Shown piece by piece: positions 7,251 to 14,628 of a DNA stretch of 46,899 nucleotides; positions within the stretch are counted from its first letter, which is position 1; every line of letters starts with the position of its first letter. The stretch is from the IMG/VR virus record IMGVR_UViG_3300028549_000214. One strand, given 5' to 3'. The notes below the pieces were generated by a model. The model searched no databases. It was not told where the DNA came from and worked only from the letters and a program-made list of their open reading frames with translations. This stretch comes from a virus. The position numbers and the translations under genes were made by a program.

Positions 7251-7784
7251 TTAAGCTTTTACAATTTTCCAATCGTGTAACCAATTAAACCAAGCATCAC
7301 TCAAGTCGGCATCACTCAAGTCGGCATCTCTCAAGTCGGCATCTCTCAAGTTGGCATCTCTCAAGTTGGCACCTCTCAAGTTGGCATCTCTCAAGTTGGC
7401 ACCTCTCAAGTTGGCATCTCTCAAGTTGGCATCTCTCAAGTTGGCACCTCTCAAGTCGGCATCACTCAAGTCGGCATCACTCAAGTTGGCATCACTCAAG
7501 TCGGCATCTCTCAAGTTGGCATCTCTCAAGTTGGCATCACTCAAGTCGGCATCACTCAAGTTGGCATCACTCAAGTCGGCATCACTCAAGTCGGCATCTC
7601 TCAAGTTGGCATCTCTCAAGTTGGCACCTCTCAAGTCGGCATCACTCAAGTCGGTATTATTCTCAACACCCCATCTAACAGCCATCCCAATCCTAACTGA
7701 TAACGACGCGTCTTCCACACAATCAATATCAGCTTCAAACTTAACTTCACCAGTCCATCTATTTATTATTTGTTGTTTAATCAT
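7251..7784 (-). CDS. Pentapeptide-repeat protein (24 consecutive A(D/N)L(S/R)(D/G) units after a ~50-aa N-terminal domain)
   Basis: Start at the ATG at 7784 ([22 protein letters not shown]), whose ATGA overlaps the stop of the upstream 57-aa ORF. The repeat run [15 protein letters not shown] ... ADLSD spans 120 aa. Confidence 0.9.
   Translation of the reverse strand: MIKQQIINRWTGEVKFEADIDCVEDASLSVRIGMAVRWGVENNTDLSDADLRGANLRDANLRDADLSDADLSDANLSDADLSDANLRDANLRDADLSDANLSDADLSDADLRGANLRDANLRDANLRGANLRDANLRGANLRDANLRDADLRDADLSDADLSDAWFNWLHDWKIVKA
7296..7655. repeat. 24 head-to-tail 15-nt units encoding the pentapeptide repeats
   Basis: Plus-strand unit a[t/c]c[a/t]ctcaagt[c/t]ggc. Twelve of 15 positions are invariant in the units inspected, and only three biallelic positions vary. 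Confidence 0.95.
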
Positions 7785-7954
7785 TTTCTCATCCTTTCTT
7801 TCCATACTTTTTTCATAACATCAACTAACTCGCTCGGATTAACTCCATTTTCATTTATTTTATAACACAACTCACGGACTTTAGAGCCAAACTCCGAATG
7901 ATCTATTTTACTCAAAGAATTGAACCATTCAAAAAACTTCATTTCTTCGTTCAT
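7781..7954 (-). CDS. Hypothetical 57-aa protein, below the ORF-track cutoff
   Basis: Hand translation: [64 protein letters not shown]. Its TGA overlaps the pentapeptide gene ATG. Confidence 0.5.
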   Translation of the reverse strand: MNEEMKFFEWFNSLSKIDHSEFGSKVRELCYKINENGVNPSELVDVMKKVWKERMRK

Positions 7955-7987
7955 ACAAACTTATCCTCTATTTGTTGATGCATTCAT

Positions 7988-8131
7988 CTAACTCCATAAA
8001 AAAATATTAGCCAATGCCAAAATGGTAAAAAATACAATTCCAACATTCCAGAATTTATCGTTTGTTATGGGTTCAGAAACAAATATGATCCTACTAGCAA
8101 TCAATTTGCTTTGAGTTTCTTTGCTAATCAT
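7988..8131 (-). CDS. Small membrane peptide (47 aa), below the ORF-track cutoff
   Basis: Hand translation: MISKETQSKLIASRIIFVSEPITNDKFWNVGIVFFTILALANIFLWS. ATGA overlap with the stop of the 8128..8442 gene. Confidence 0.4.
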   Translation of the reverse strand: MISKETQSKLIASRIIFVSEPITNDKFWNVGIVFFTILALANIFLWS

Positions 8132-8442
8132 ACAAATGATCCTTGGTTGAAGTGTTCGTCATAATCACTTTTTACACAGATTTCATGTTTTACTAAAATC
8201 TCACTGAAATCATTATCTAGTTTTGATTGTAACCAAGTTTTTAATGTTATATATTTATTAATTCTTTGTAAGTCATTTTTTTGTGTGACATCAATTTGAA
8301 GTCCAAGCAATTCACAAGCAAGGTCTTGTCCATCAATTTCAGCGTATTTAAATACGATGTTTTCACAATCTACTTCATATGTAACTTCTACCTCAATATC
8401 TGTATAAGGCAGATAATATGTTTTTATTCCTTCGATCATCAT
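8128..8442 (-). CDS. Strongly acidic hypothetical protein, first gene of the leftward early operon
   Basis: 104 aa with about 20 Asp/Glu against about 9 Lys/Arg by hand count. CAGGAG SD. Confidence 0.6.
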   Translation of the reverse strand: MMIEGIKTYYLPYTDIEVEVTYEVDCENIVFKYAEIDGQDLACELLGLQIDVTQKNDLQRINKYITLKTWLQSKLDNDFSEILVKHEICVKSDYDEHFNQGSFV

Positions 8443-8530
8443 GTTTCTCCTGTTGTATGATTTCTATGAACAGACTGTGCCACAACATCGCACACATGAC
8501 AAGAACTTTTTTAACTACAATTGAAAATAA

Positions 8531-8559
8531 ATTATATTGACTTGTACCGAAAAATGGTA
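8531..8559 (-). promoter_or_regulatory. Candidate leftward promoter (perfect -10, weak -35) for the early accessory operon
   Basis: On the minus strand, TATAAT lies at 8536..8531. After a 17-nt spacer there is a poor -35, TACCAT, at 8559..8554. It overlaps the rightward promoter. Confidence 0.3.
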
Positions 8560-8563
8560 TAAA
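8537..8563 (+). promoter_or_regulatory. Candidate rightward extended -10 promoter producing a leaderless cro-like mRNA
   Basis: TTGACT at 8537..8542, a 15-nt spacer, then TGgTATAAA at 8555..8563. The ATG at 8572 lies about 8 nt after the -10 with no SD in between. Confidence 0.45.
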
Positions 8564-8571
8564 GCGGTTTT

Positions 8572-8778
8572 ATGAAACATATTAACGATTTATTAAACAT
8601 TTTCGGCGGAACGAGATCAACTGCACGAGCGTTGAATATTCCACCATCAACTGTAAACAACTGGAAAAATAACGGTATTCCTGCAAAAGTAGAAATGCTT
8701 GAACTTATTCAATCAAAGCTTTTGAATGAAGGTGTAAAAATTACACTTGATGGATTGCTTAGGTTTAAACATGACTAA
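8572..8778 (+). CDS. Cro-like / YdaS-like HTH DNA-binding protein
   Basis: 68 aa. FGGTRSTARALNIPPSTVNNWKNNGIP matches the Cro/YdaS pattern (GG..lA.aLgv..s.V..W...g.iP). Confidence 0.7.
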   Translation: MKHINDLLNIFGGTRSTARALNIPPSTVNNWKNNGIPAKVEMLELIQSKLLNEGVKITLDGLLRFKHD

Positions 8779-9094
8779 ATATAACAATAAAAAAGTTACA
8801 ATAGATGGTTATAAATTTGACAGTCAAAAAGAAGGTTGCCGTTATAAGTTTCTAAAAAAGATGGAAGAAATAGGGAATATTTCAAATCTTGAACTGCAGA
8901 CTGTTTTTGAACTTGCGCCAAGTGTCATTATAAACGGACGTAAAAAACCAGCACTAAAATACAAGGCTGATTTTACGTATATTCAGAATGGTAATAAAAT
9001 TATTGAGGATGTAAAAGGCGTTTTAACGGCTGTTTATAAAATTAAGAGGCACTTGATGAAGTCAATTTATGGAATTGATATTTTAGAAACCTAA
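8771..9094 (+). CDS. DUF1064 family protein (PD-(D/E)XK-like nuclease fold, resolvase-like)
   Basis: Start at the ATG at 8771. KYNNKKVTIDGYKFDSQKEGCRY..L..Q..F.L..KYKADFTY..EDVKG matches the DUF1064 pattern. Confidence 0.65.
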   Translation: MTKYNNKKVTIDGYKFDSQKEGCRYKFLKKMEEIGNISNLELQTVFELAPSVIINGRKKPALKYKADFTYIQNGNKIIEDVKGVLTAVYKIKRHLMKSIYGIDILET

Positions 9095-10812
9095 AACGGT
9101 ATTTCGTCATCAAAATCATCCCATGAACATTTTAGTTTTTCTGGTTCAATGACTTCTTCTAAAGATATATCTTTAACACGATAATATTTACCTTCTTTTC
9201 TTATCATAACTTTTGATGGTGCTTTGTATCCAAAGTTAACGGCATCATCAATAGTGATAGGTGGATTCATTCCTTCCATTCCTATTTTATTATGCCAATG
9301 GATGGCCTTGTCACGAGCATAACCTTTATGCTCGAAGCAAATCCATTCCTTGTAAACACCACTTAAAGTTATATATGACACGCAAAGGCTAGGCGTGTTT
9401 TCTGTGTCATTGTTTTTATAATGCTTATCAAGGTTCATCGCGATAACTTCTTTTTCTTCTATCGGTTCGTCGCTTGATAAAATAGCGTTATGGTTTTCAG
9501 CGTTTTTATTCAGCGCATCGGCCAAGAATGAATAAGAACAGACATAACAAAATCTTTGGGCCGCTGCGCACATTTCCCCGCAAGCAGGGCAACGTTTTAA
9601 AATGGCATCGCCTTTTTCTGCATCTGGATCTTTGGCCGTGTTCTTTTTTCTAATCTCGACACTATCAATCGGGCCAAGATTTTCAATAACACCGCCAAAG
9701 TCGAGTATCAAGCAATCTGGCTTTTTACTATTTGCGATTGCGTCAAGCCTACCTTGTTTCGTGTTTAAATCATAACCAGCCTCATAGACTGGCCTGATAC
9801 CACGTCCTGTGGTTTGGATATATAACACAGGGCTTTTTGTGGGACGCATAAAAGCCAGTAAATCAATATCAGGTACATTGAAACCTGTAGTTAATACAAC
9901 AACATTAACAAGGCATCGTATTTCACCACGCTTAAAGCGTTCAATGACGCTTGCGCGTTGTTGCGGGTCAGTATCGCCTATAATCATGTCACAAGCCACT
10001 CCATGCGCTCTTATGGCTTCCATGACGTGTTCACAATGCTCAATTCCAGCTGTAAACACAAGCCACTTATTGCGCCCTAATCCTTGAGCAATTATCTCAT
10101 TTACACATGCTTGTGTTGTTTCATCAATATCGACGGCCTTTTCTAATTGTCCAGCGATATAATCACCGCCACGACTTTTAACGCCATCGACATTCATCTT
10201 GGCCGCAACGCGAGGCGTAGCAGGTCGGCACAAATAACCTTCTTCAATCATCCAACCAATACCTATCTCATATGCAATGCCATCGAATAGCTTTCCATCT
10301 CCTTCGTCAAGACGTCCTGTGTCCGCCCTGAATGGCGTTCCTGTAAAACCTAAAACTTTTGCATTTGGATTGATCTTTAAAACGCTGTCAATAAACTTTC
10401 GGTATTGTGTCTGATCGTTGTGACTTATTAAATGGCACTCATCTATGATGATAATTTCAGGGCAGCGATTGAATGCAGATATTTTGCTGTGGACGCTTTG
10501 AATGCTGGCAAAAGTAACGTCATTATAAAGTCTCTTTTGTCCTAATGATGCACAGTAAAAACCGAAATCACATTCTGGATATTGCTGGCGAAGTTCTTCG
10601 GCATCTTGTTCAAGTAGCTCTTTGACATGAGACAACATAACAATGCGCGTTCGCGGCCATTGTAGATGTACACGTTTGATAAACTCGGAAATAAGTAAGC
10701 TTTTTCCGCTTCCCACGGGAGAGACCACAAGCGGGTGTCCTTCCTGTGAAAAGAGATAATCAAACAGCGCATTAACCGCGCTTTCTTGGTATGGTCGTAG
10801 GGTTTTTGTCAT
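9091..10812 (-). CDS. Superfamily-2 DEAD/DEAH-box DNA helicase with a C-terminal zinc ribbon
   Basis: RPYQ, Walker A SPVGSGKS, Walker B IIIDECH, motif III GFTGTP, motif VI QTTGRGIRP, and CPACGEMC..CYVCS near the C-terminus. Confidence 0.85.
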   Translation of the reverse strand: MTKTLRPYQESAVNALFDYLFSQEGHPLVVSPVGSGKSLLISEFIKRVHLQWPRTRIVMLSHVKELLEQDAEELRQQYPECDFGFYCASLGQKRLYNDVTFASIQSVHSKISAFNRCPEIIIIDECHLISHNDQTQYRKFIDSVLKINPNAKVLGFTGTPFRADTGRLDEGDGKLFDGIAYEIGIGWMIEEGYLCRPATPRVAAKMNVDGVKSRGGDYIAGQLEKAVDIDETTQACVNEIIAQGLGRNKWLVFTAGIEHCEHVMEAIRAHGVACDMIIGDTDPQQRASVIERFKRGEIRCLVNVVVLTTGFNVPDIDLLAFMRPTKSPVLYIQTTGRGIRPVYEAGYDLNTKQGRLDAIANSKKPDCLILDFGGVIENLGPIDSVEIRKKNTAKDPDAEKGDAILKRCPACGEMCAAAQRFCYVCSYSFLADALNKNAENHNAILSSDEPIEEKEVIAMNLDKHYKNNDTENTPSLCVSYITLSGVYKEWICFEHKGYARDKAIHWHNKIGMEGMNPPITIDDAVNFGYKAPSKVMIRKEGKYYRVKDISLEEVIEPEKLKCSWDDFDDEIPF

Positions 10813-11015
10813 TTGATCCTATTAAACACACGTCTCAAAACATAACCGCGAAATAGACTTATGATTGTAAACCAAAGGCCAATCATAAGATTATCACTAA
10901 TCGGTATGTTTATGCCAAACAGTGGAAAGATTGCGATTTGAGATAGAATTGCTACAACATAACCTATAGCTATGTTGCAGCAAGTTTCTACCAAACTCAT
11001 TTTCTTAGTTTGCAT
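10809..11015 (-). CDS. Small two-TM membrane protein embedded in the replication module
   Basis: 68 aa with two hydrophobic helices and a basic tail, GYVLRRVFNRIK. Overlaps both neighbours (ATGA and 1 nt). Confidence 0.55.
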   Translation of the reverse strand: MQTKKMSLVETCCNIAIGYVVAILSQIAIFPLFGINIPISDNLMIGLWFTIISLFRGYVLRRVFNRIK

Positions 11016-11965
11016 TATAGTAAGTCTTTCGTTCTGTCTTTGATCTTAGCCAAGTTTTTAACAGCCTGTGAAAAGTAAGTGGCCTTTAACTCAATACCAA
11101 TACCACGCCTTCCCATTTCAACAGCCCCATAAACCTCACTACCGATGCCAAGGAATGGGGTAAATACAATATCGTTAGGATTAGACCAAAGATGAATGCA
11201 ACGCTCGATAACATCAAGTTGCAATGGGCTAATGTGTTGCTCATCATCTTTATCGCGTCCACCTCGATATTGAAGCGTGCGACTTTGGCTTATATCCATC
11301 CAAACAGGGCTAGCGTATCGTTGCCAAACCTCAATAGAATGCCATTTCTCAGCTTCATCTTTTGATTGCCTTCCAATGCGGCTTTCAAGGCTTTCAGGCG
11401 CATTACCTTCACCGATATAAAACTCAAGTTTTCCTTTTATTGGTTCTTCGTTTTCTCCAGCCTTTCTAAATGTCATGATATAATCAGCAAGCCCTTGGCC
11501 GCTAATTGAGCTATCTTTTTCCATTTGCTTATGAAGCAATCGAATGGATTTTGTGCGTTGCTGTGCAACTACTGGATCTTTCCAGATGCAGACTTCGCTA
11601 TGAAAATACCATCCAGCCTTTTGATATGCGCGTACAATTTCACCCCTGAAATCACGCATGCCGATAAAACCGTTTCGCGTGATGCTTGTCGGCAACTGCA
11701 TGCAATGAACGCTAGCCAATCTTCCTGCCTTAGTGATCCTATAAAGTTCTTCGATGATAATTCCATAATGCGCCCAGAAATCTTCACCTTCAGAATTGCT
11801 AACATCGCGATCTGAATTAGAAAACTTATAAAGTCCCTCGAATGGCGGAGAGTGAATAGAAAAACCTACGCTATTATCTGGCAACTCTTTCATAAGTTCA
11901 CAGCTGTCGCCCTCATAGATTGCATATTCGTTTGTTACGATCTGATTAACTGCTTTTATAGCCAT
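11015..11965 (-). CDS. Beta-class DNA methyltransferase (N6-adenine or N4-cytosine; SPPF catalytic motif)
   Basis: Motif IV IHSPPF is N-terminal and motif I FTPFLGIGSE (FxGxG) is C-terminal, which is the beta-class order. Confidence 0.85.
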   Translation of the reverse strand: MAIKAVNQIVTNEYAIYEGDSCELMKELPDNSVGFSIHSPPFEGLYKFSNSDRDVSNSEGEDFWAHYGIIIEELYRITKAGRLASVHCMQLPTSITRNGFIGMRDFRGEIVRAYQKAGWYFHSEVCIWKDPVVAQQRTKSIRLLHKQMEKDSSISGQGLADYIMTFRKAGENEEPIKGKLEFYIGEGNAPESLESRIGRQSKDEAEKWHSIEVWQRYASPVWMDISQSRTLQYRGGRDKDDEQHISPLQLDVIERCIHLWSNPNDIVFTPFLGIGSEVYGAVEMGRRGIGIELKATYFSQAVKNLAKIKDRTKDLL

Positions 11966-13338
11966 TGTGGTAACTCCATTTCTTCAGTTGGGATGTATGA
12001 AAGTGTATCGCGTCTTGCTCCACGGATTTCTTTAGCGCAAATATCGGACATATGTTTAATCATTTGTGCCATCATATGTTCGCATTGTATTTCTTTACGC
12101 TTTAGATTTTGCACAACTGCCCCCTCAATTTCTGAAGCGATAAAATGTGCATAGACTTCTTCAGTTTGACCGAAACGCCAAAACCTTCTTATGGCCTGAT
12201 ATACCTGTTCAAAGCTATCGTTTAATCCTACAAACACCGTATTAGAGCAATGTTGCCAATTAAGACCGAAACCAGTTAGTGACGGCTTGCTAATAAGAAT
12301 GCGGATGCTTCCTTGCTCAAAATCAAGTAGCACCTTTTCCTTTTTTTCCTCCGTCATGCTGCCTACAATTTGCACACTATCAGGAATTAGCTTTTCAAGC
12401 ATTTCACTTTCATCATTTAGATTACACCAAATAACCCATGGCTTTGTTTTTTCTGAATTGACGATTTCAGCGGCCCTTGCAACGCGTTCATTGATTGTTG
12501 CGCGTCTAGCTTTTAATCGTTCACCCAATCCTTGCGCTTCCATCGGAAACAAAAGGCCAGTTTCCATATTCGGCTTATATTCAATTCCTACTGTGTGCTG
12601 AATCTGGTGAAGTTTTGGAAGATTATATTTTAATCCATCATATCCCAAGTCTTCAGGGTTTTTAAACATGACGGCCCATGATGCCATCCACTTCCAGAAT
12701 GGTGCCTCGGCGTGGCCTTTTAGTCTCCATGCTTGCGTTTCACCTGCATCATGAACAAAGAACGTAGACAACATATCCGTGTAAGACATGATCCCACAAA
12801 ACTCTGAATGGTTGCCAAGTTCCATGAAGTCATTAGGGCTTGGCGTTGCAGTTGCAGCCAGTCTATATGGTATTTGCTTGCATGACTTGATTAACTGCGT
12901 TCTATAGTGGCCTGATTGATTTTTAAGAATTGAGCTTTCATCAAGAACCACGCCTTTAAATTGTGACAAGTCAAAGTGTTCAAGTTTCTGATAGTTGGTT
13001 ATTAAAATAGGCGAATTGCTTTCATCTTGTTTTGAAACATGGGAGCAATCAATGCCAAACTTTAATGCCTCACGCTTCATTTGTGCAGCAACGGCAAGAG
13101 GCGTAAAGATGATTGTGCGTTCGCCCGTGGCCTCATAAAGAGCATGTGCCCAAGATAGTTCTTGAAACGACTTGCCAAGCCCAGTGCCTTCAAAAATGGC
13201 AGCGCGGCCACGTCTGCAAGCCCATGACACAACATCACGCTGGAAGTCGAATAAGCTTTCCTTTAACGGTGGTACGTTTTGAATTCCTGTGGGTGTGTCA
13301 TAGACCTGTTTGGCTTTAAGAAACTGTTCGTAATCCAT
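11956..13338 (-). CDS. SNF2-family helicase/ATPase
   Basis: Start at the ATG at 13338 (MDYEQFLKAK) after an AGGAG SD. Motifs: FDFQRD, GTGLGKS, VVLDESSILKN, and the C-terminal helicase motif FGLNWQ..QAIRRFWRFGQ. Confidence 0.85.
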   Translation of the reverse strand: MDYEQFLKAKQVYDTPTGIQNVPPLKESLFDFQRDVVSWACRRGRAAIFEGTGLGKSFQELSWAHALYEATGERTIIFTPLAVAAQMKREALKFGIDCSHVSKQDESNSPILITNYQKLEHFDLSQFKGVVLDESSILKNQSGHYRTQLIKSCKQIPYRLAATATPSPNDFMELGNHSEFCGIMSYTDMLSTFFVHDAGETQAWRLKGHAEAPFWKWMASWAVMFKNPEDLGYDGLKYNLPKLHQIQHTVGIEYKPNMETGLLFPMEAQGLGERLKARRATINERVARAAEIVNSEKTKPWVIWCNLNDESEMLEKLIPDSVQIVGSMTEEKKEKVLLDFEQGSIRILISKPSLTGFGLNWQHCSNTVFVGLNDSFEQVYQAIRRFWRFGQTEEVYAHFIASEIEGAVVQNLKRKEIQCEHMMAQMIKHMSDICAKEIRGARRDTLSYIPTEEMELPQWL

Positions 13339-14056
13339 TGTGACAACTCTCCTGATAATCGCAAAAGCGGCATAGCCAAAAGTTGGCATCTTCACTTATG
13401 CGAGGTGGTGGGGATTTAGCTTCTATTATTGCCTCGGCTCGATCCGTGTAGCGTTCGGCAATTTCTGGTCTGTATTCCGTTCGGCAACTATCTATATCAC
13501 GTCCGCCAGCCAGTGCAACCGTCATATAGCCTCGATCAATTTCAAACTTGTGCATATATATTTGGTGTTGCACAAAGTAAGTTATGCTCCAATTTTCTAG
13601 CGCATTCTTTTCGCCATATTTAAACTTGCAAGCCTTAAACTCTTCAAACTTCTTTACAGCGCAAGCCTTGCATTCCCATAGATGCAATCTTTTCGGGGCT
13701 TGGATTAGGCCGCGAATGATACCGTCACAGTGTCCAGCAAAGCGGCCTTTAAACATTGAAAAGCCAAATTGCTTGCCGTTATCGTCATGCGTCCAAAGCT
13801 CGATGCCTTTAACCATGCGTAGACGTTTTGCAATCAAATCCTCGGTTCTGTGGCCGTCTTCAAAGTTCCATAACGTACCCGCCTTAAATGGCTCCCTTGG
13901 AAAGCCGTTATACATATACCAAATCTTACGGGCGCAAGGATCGCCAATGATTGACGCGCCGAGATAACCGCGACTTGGTTCACTCTTGGCCTTTTCCTCG
14001 CAAGCCAATCGCATTGCATAAAGTGTCGGATCAGATTGTTGCGGAATTAAGACCAT
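13316..14056 (-). CDS. Cas4/RecB-like PD-(D/E)XK exonuclease with a 4-Cys cluster
   Basis: HCDGII (Asp), LWECK (ExK), QHQIYMH (QxxxY). One N-terminal Cys (GDPCARK) plus C-terminal CRFCDYQESC give the Cas4-type C...CxxCx5C arrangement. The first ATG (14056) is preferred over the TTG at 14113. Confidence 0.75.
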   Translation of the reverse strand: MVLIPQQSDPTLYAMRLACEEKAKSEPSRGYLGASIIGDPCARKIWYMYNGFPREPFKAGTLWNFEDGHRTEDLIAKRLRMVKGIELWTHDDNGKQFGFSMFKGRFAGHCDGIIRGLIQAPKRLHLWECKACAVKKFEEFKACKFKYGEKNALENWSITYFVQHQIYMHKFEIDRGYMTVALAGGRDIDSCRTEYRPEIAERYTDRAEAIIEAKSPPPRISEDANFWLCRFCDYQESCHNGLRTVS

Positions 14057-14061
14057 GAGAT

Positions 14062-14100
14062 AACAACGGGGGTTATTAGCCCCCGCCGTCCCCTGTTGTT
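14062..14100 (-). other. GC-rich hairpin between the DUF669 and nuclease genes (attenuator or processing-site candidate)
   Basis: GGGGG-TTATTAG-CCCCC at 14068..14084, flanked by the imperfect outer arms AACAAC and (T)GTTGTT. It sits in an otherwise AT-rich, tightly packed operon. Confidence 0.35.
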
Positions 14101-14625
14101 TTATTTCTTCCAAGGTGCAGATTGCACAGCGGATTGAGTTTGAGCTACTGGCGCAGCCGATGCAGAAAAGCTTGACTTACAAGCAAATCCGACTTGTGGA
14201 ATTGGCATGTATTTCTTAATAATGCTTTTTTCCTGTCCGGCATGTTTTACGCCATCCTTGTCGGTATATTCCTTCGCCGCTTCAGTTGCGACTTGTATCA
14301 TCAACGGCTTGTTGTGTAGCAATGAGCTATCTTGTGGCGTTGTGGCCATGCCTAAGGCTTCAGAAATACGAGCCAATGTTTTGAATGCGATTTCTACGGC
14401 CTTCATGTTTGAGTTAATAATGTTAAGGCGTTCCGTAAACTCCGTATCGGCATACTGTCCTTCTGTGATAACAATCTTAAGCGCAAGAAACTGACCGTTT
14501 CCGTTGATTGTTGTTTTCAACTCGCTATCAAGAATGACGGCTTTATATGGGCCATCGGGGATTTTAACAACGCCGCCTGTATCGGGCAAATCCGCGCAAT
14601 TATAGACTTGTGGTAGCATAACCAT
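14101..14625 (-). CDS. DUF669 family protein (phage ssDNA-binding-like partner of Sak4)
   Basis: IPDGPYKAVILDSELKTT.NGNGQFLALKIVITEGQYADTEF..RLNI.N.N..AVEIA fits the DUF669 pattern. AAGGAG SD. Lies downstream of the AAA_24 ATPase. Confidence 0.6.
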   Translation of the reverse strand: MVMLPQVYNCADLPDTGGVVKIPDGPYKAVILDSELKTTINGNGQFLALKIVITEGQYADTEFTERLNIINSNMKAVEIAFKTLARISEALGMATTPQDSSLLHNKPLMIQVATEAAKEYTDKDGVKHAGQEKSIIKKYMPIPQVGFACKSSFSASAAPVAQTQSAVQSAPWKK

Positions 14626-14628
14626 GTT

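Noticed and set aside
7296-7655. Regular short repeats that could be mistaken for a CRISPR array
   Set aside because: The units are 15 nt, contiguous with no spacers, and in frame with a long ORF encoding A(D/N)L(S/R)(D/G). This is a coding tandem repeat, not a CRISPR array.
7351-7818. 155-aa plus-strand ORF ([10 protein letters not shown]...) in the ORF track
   Set aside because: It is the antisense reading of the pentapeptide-repeat gene. It stays open only because of the repeat periodicity, and it has no SD or operon context on the plus strand.
13429-14019. Several overlapping ORFs of 61-127 aa on both strands
   Set aside because: They overlap the Cas4-like nuclease gene, which has clear catalytic motifs. 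None has an SD or a recognisable motif.
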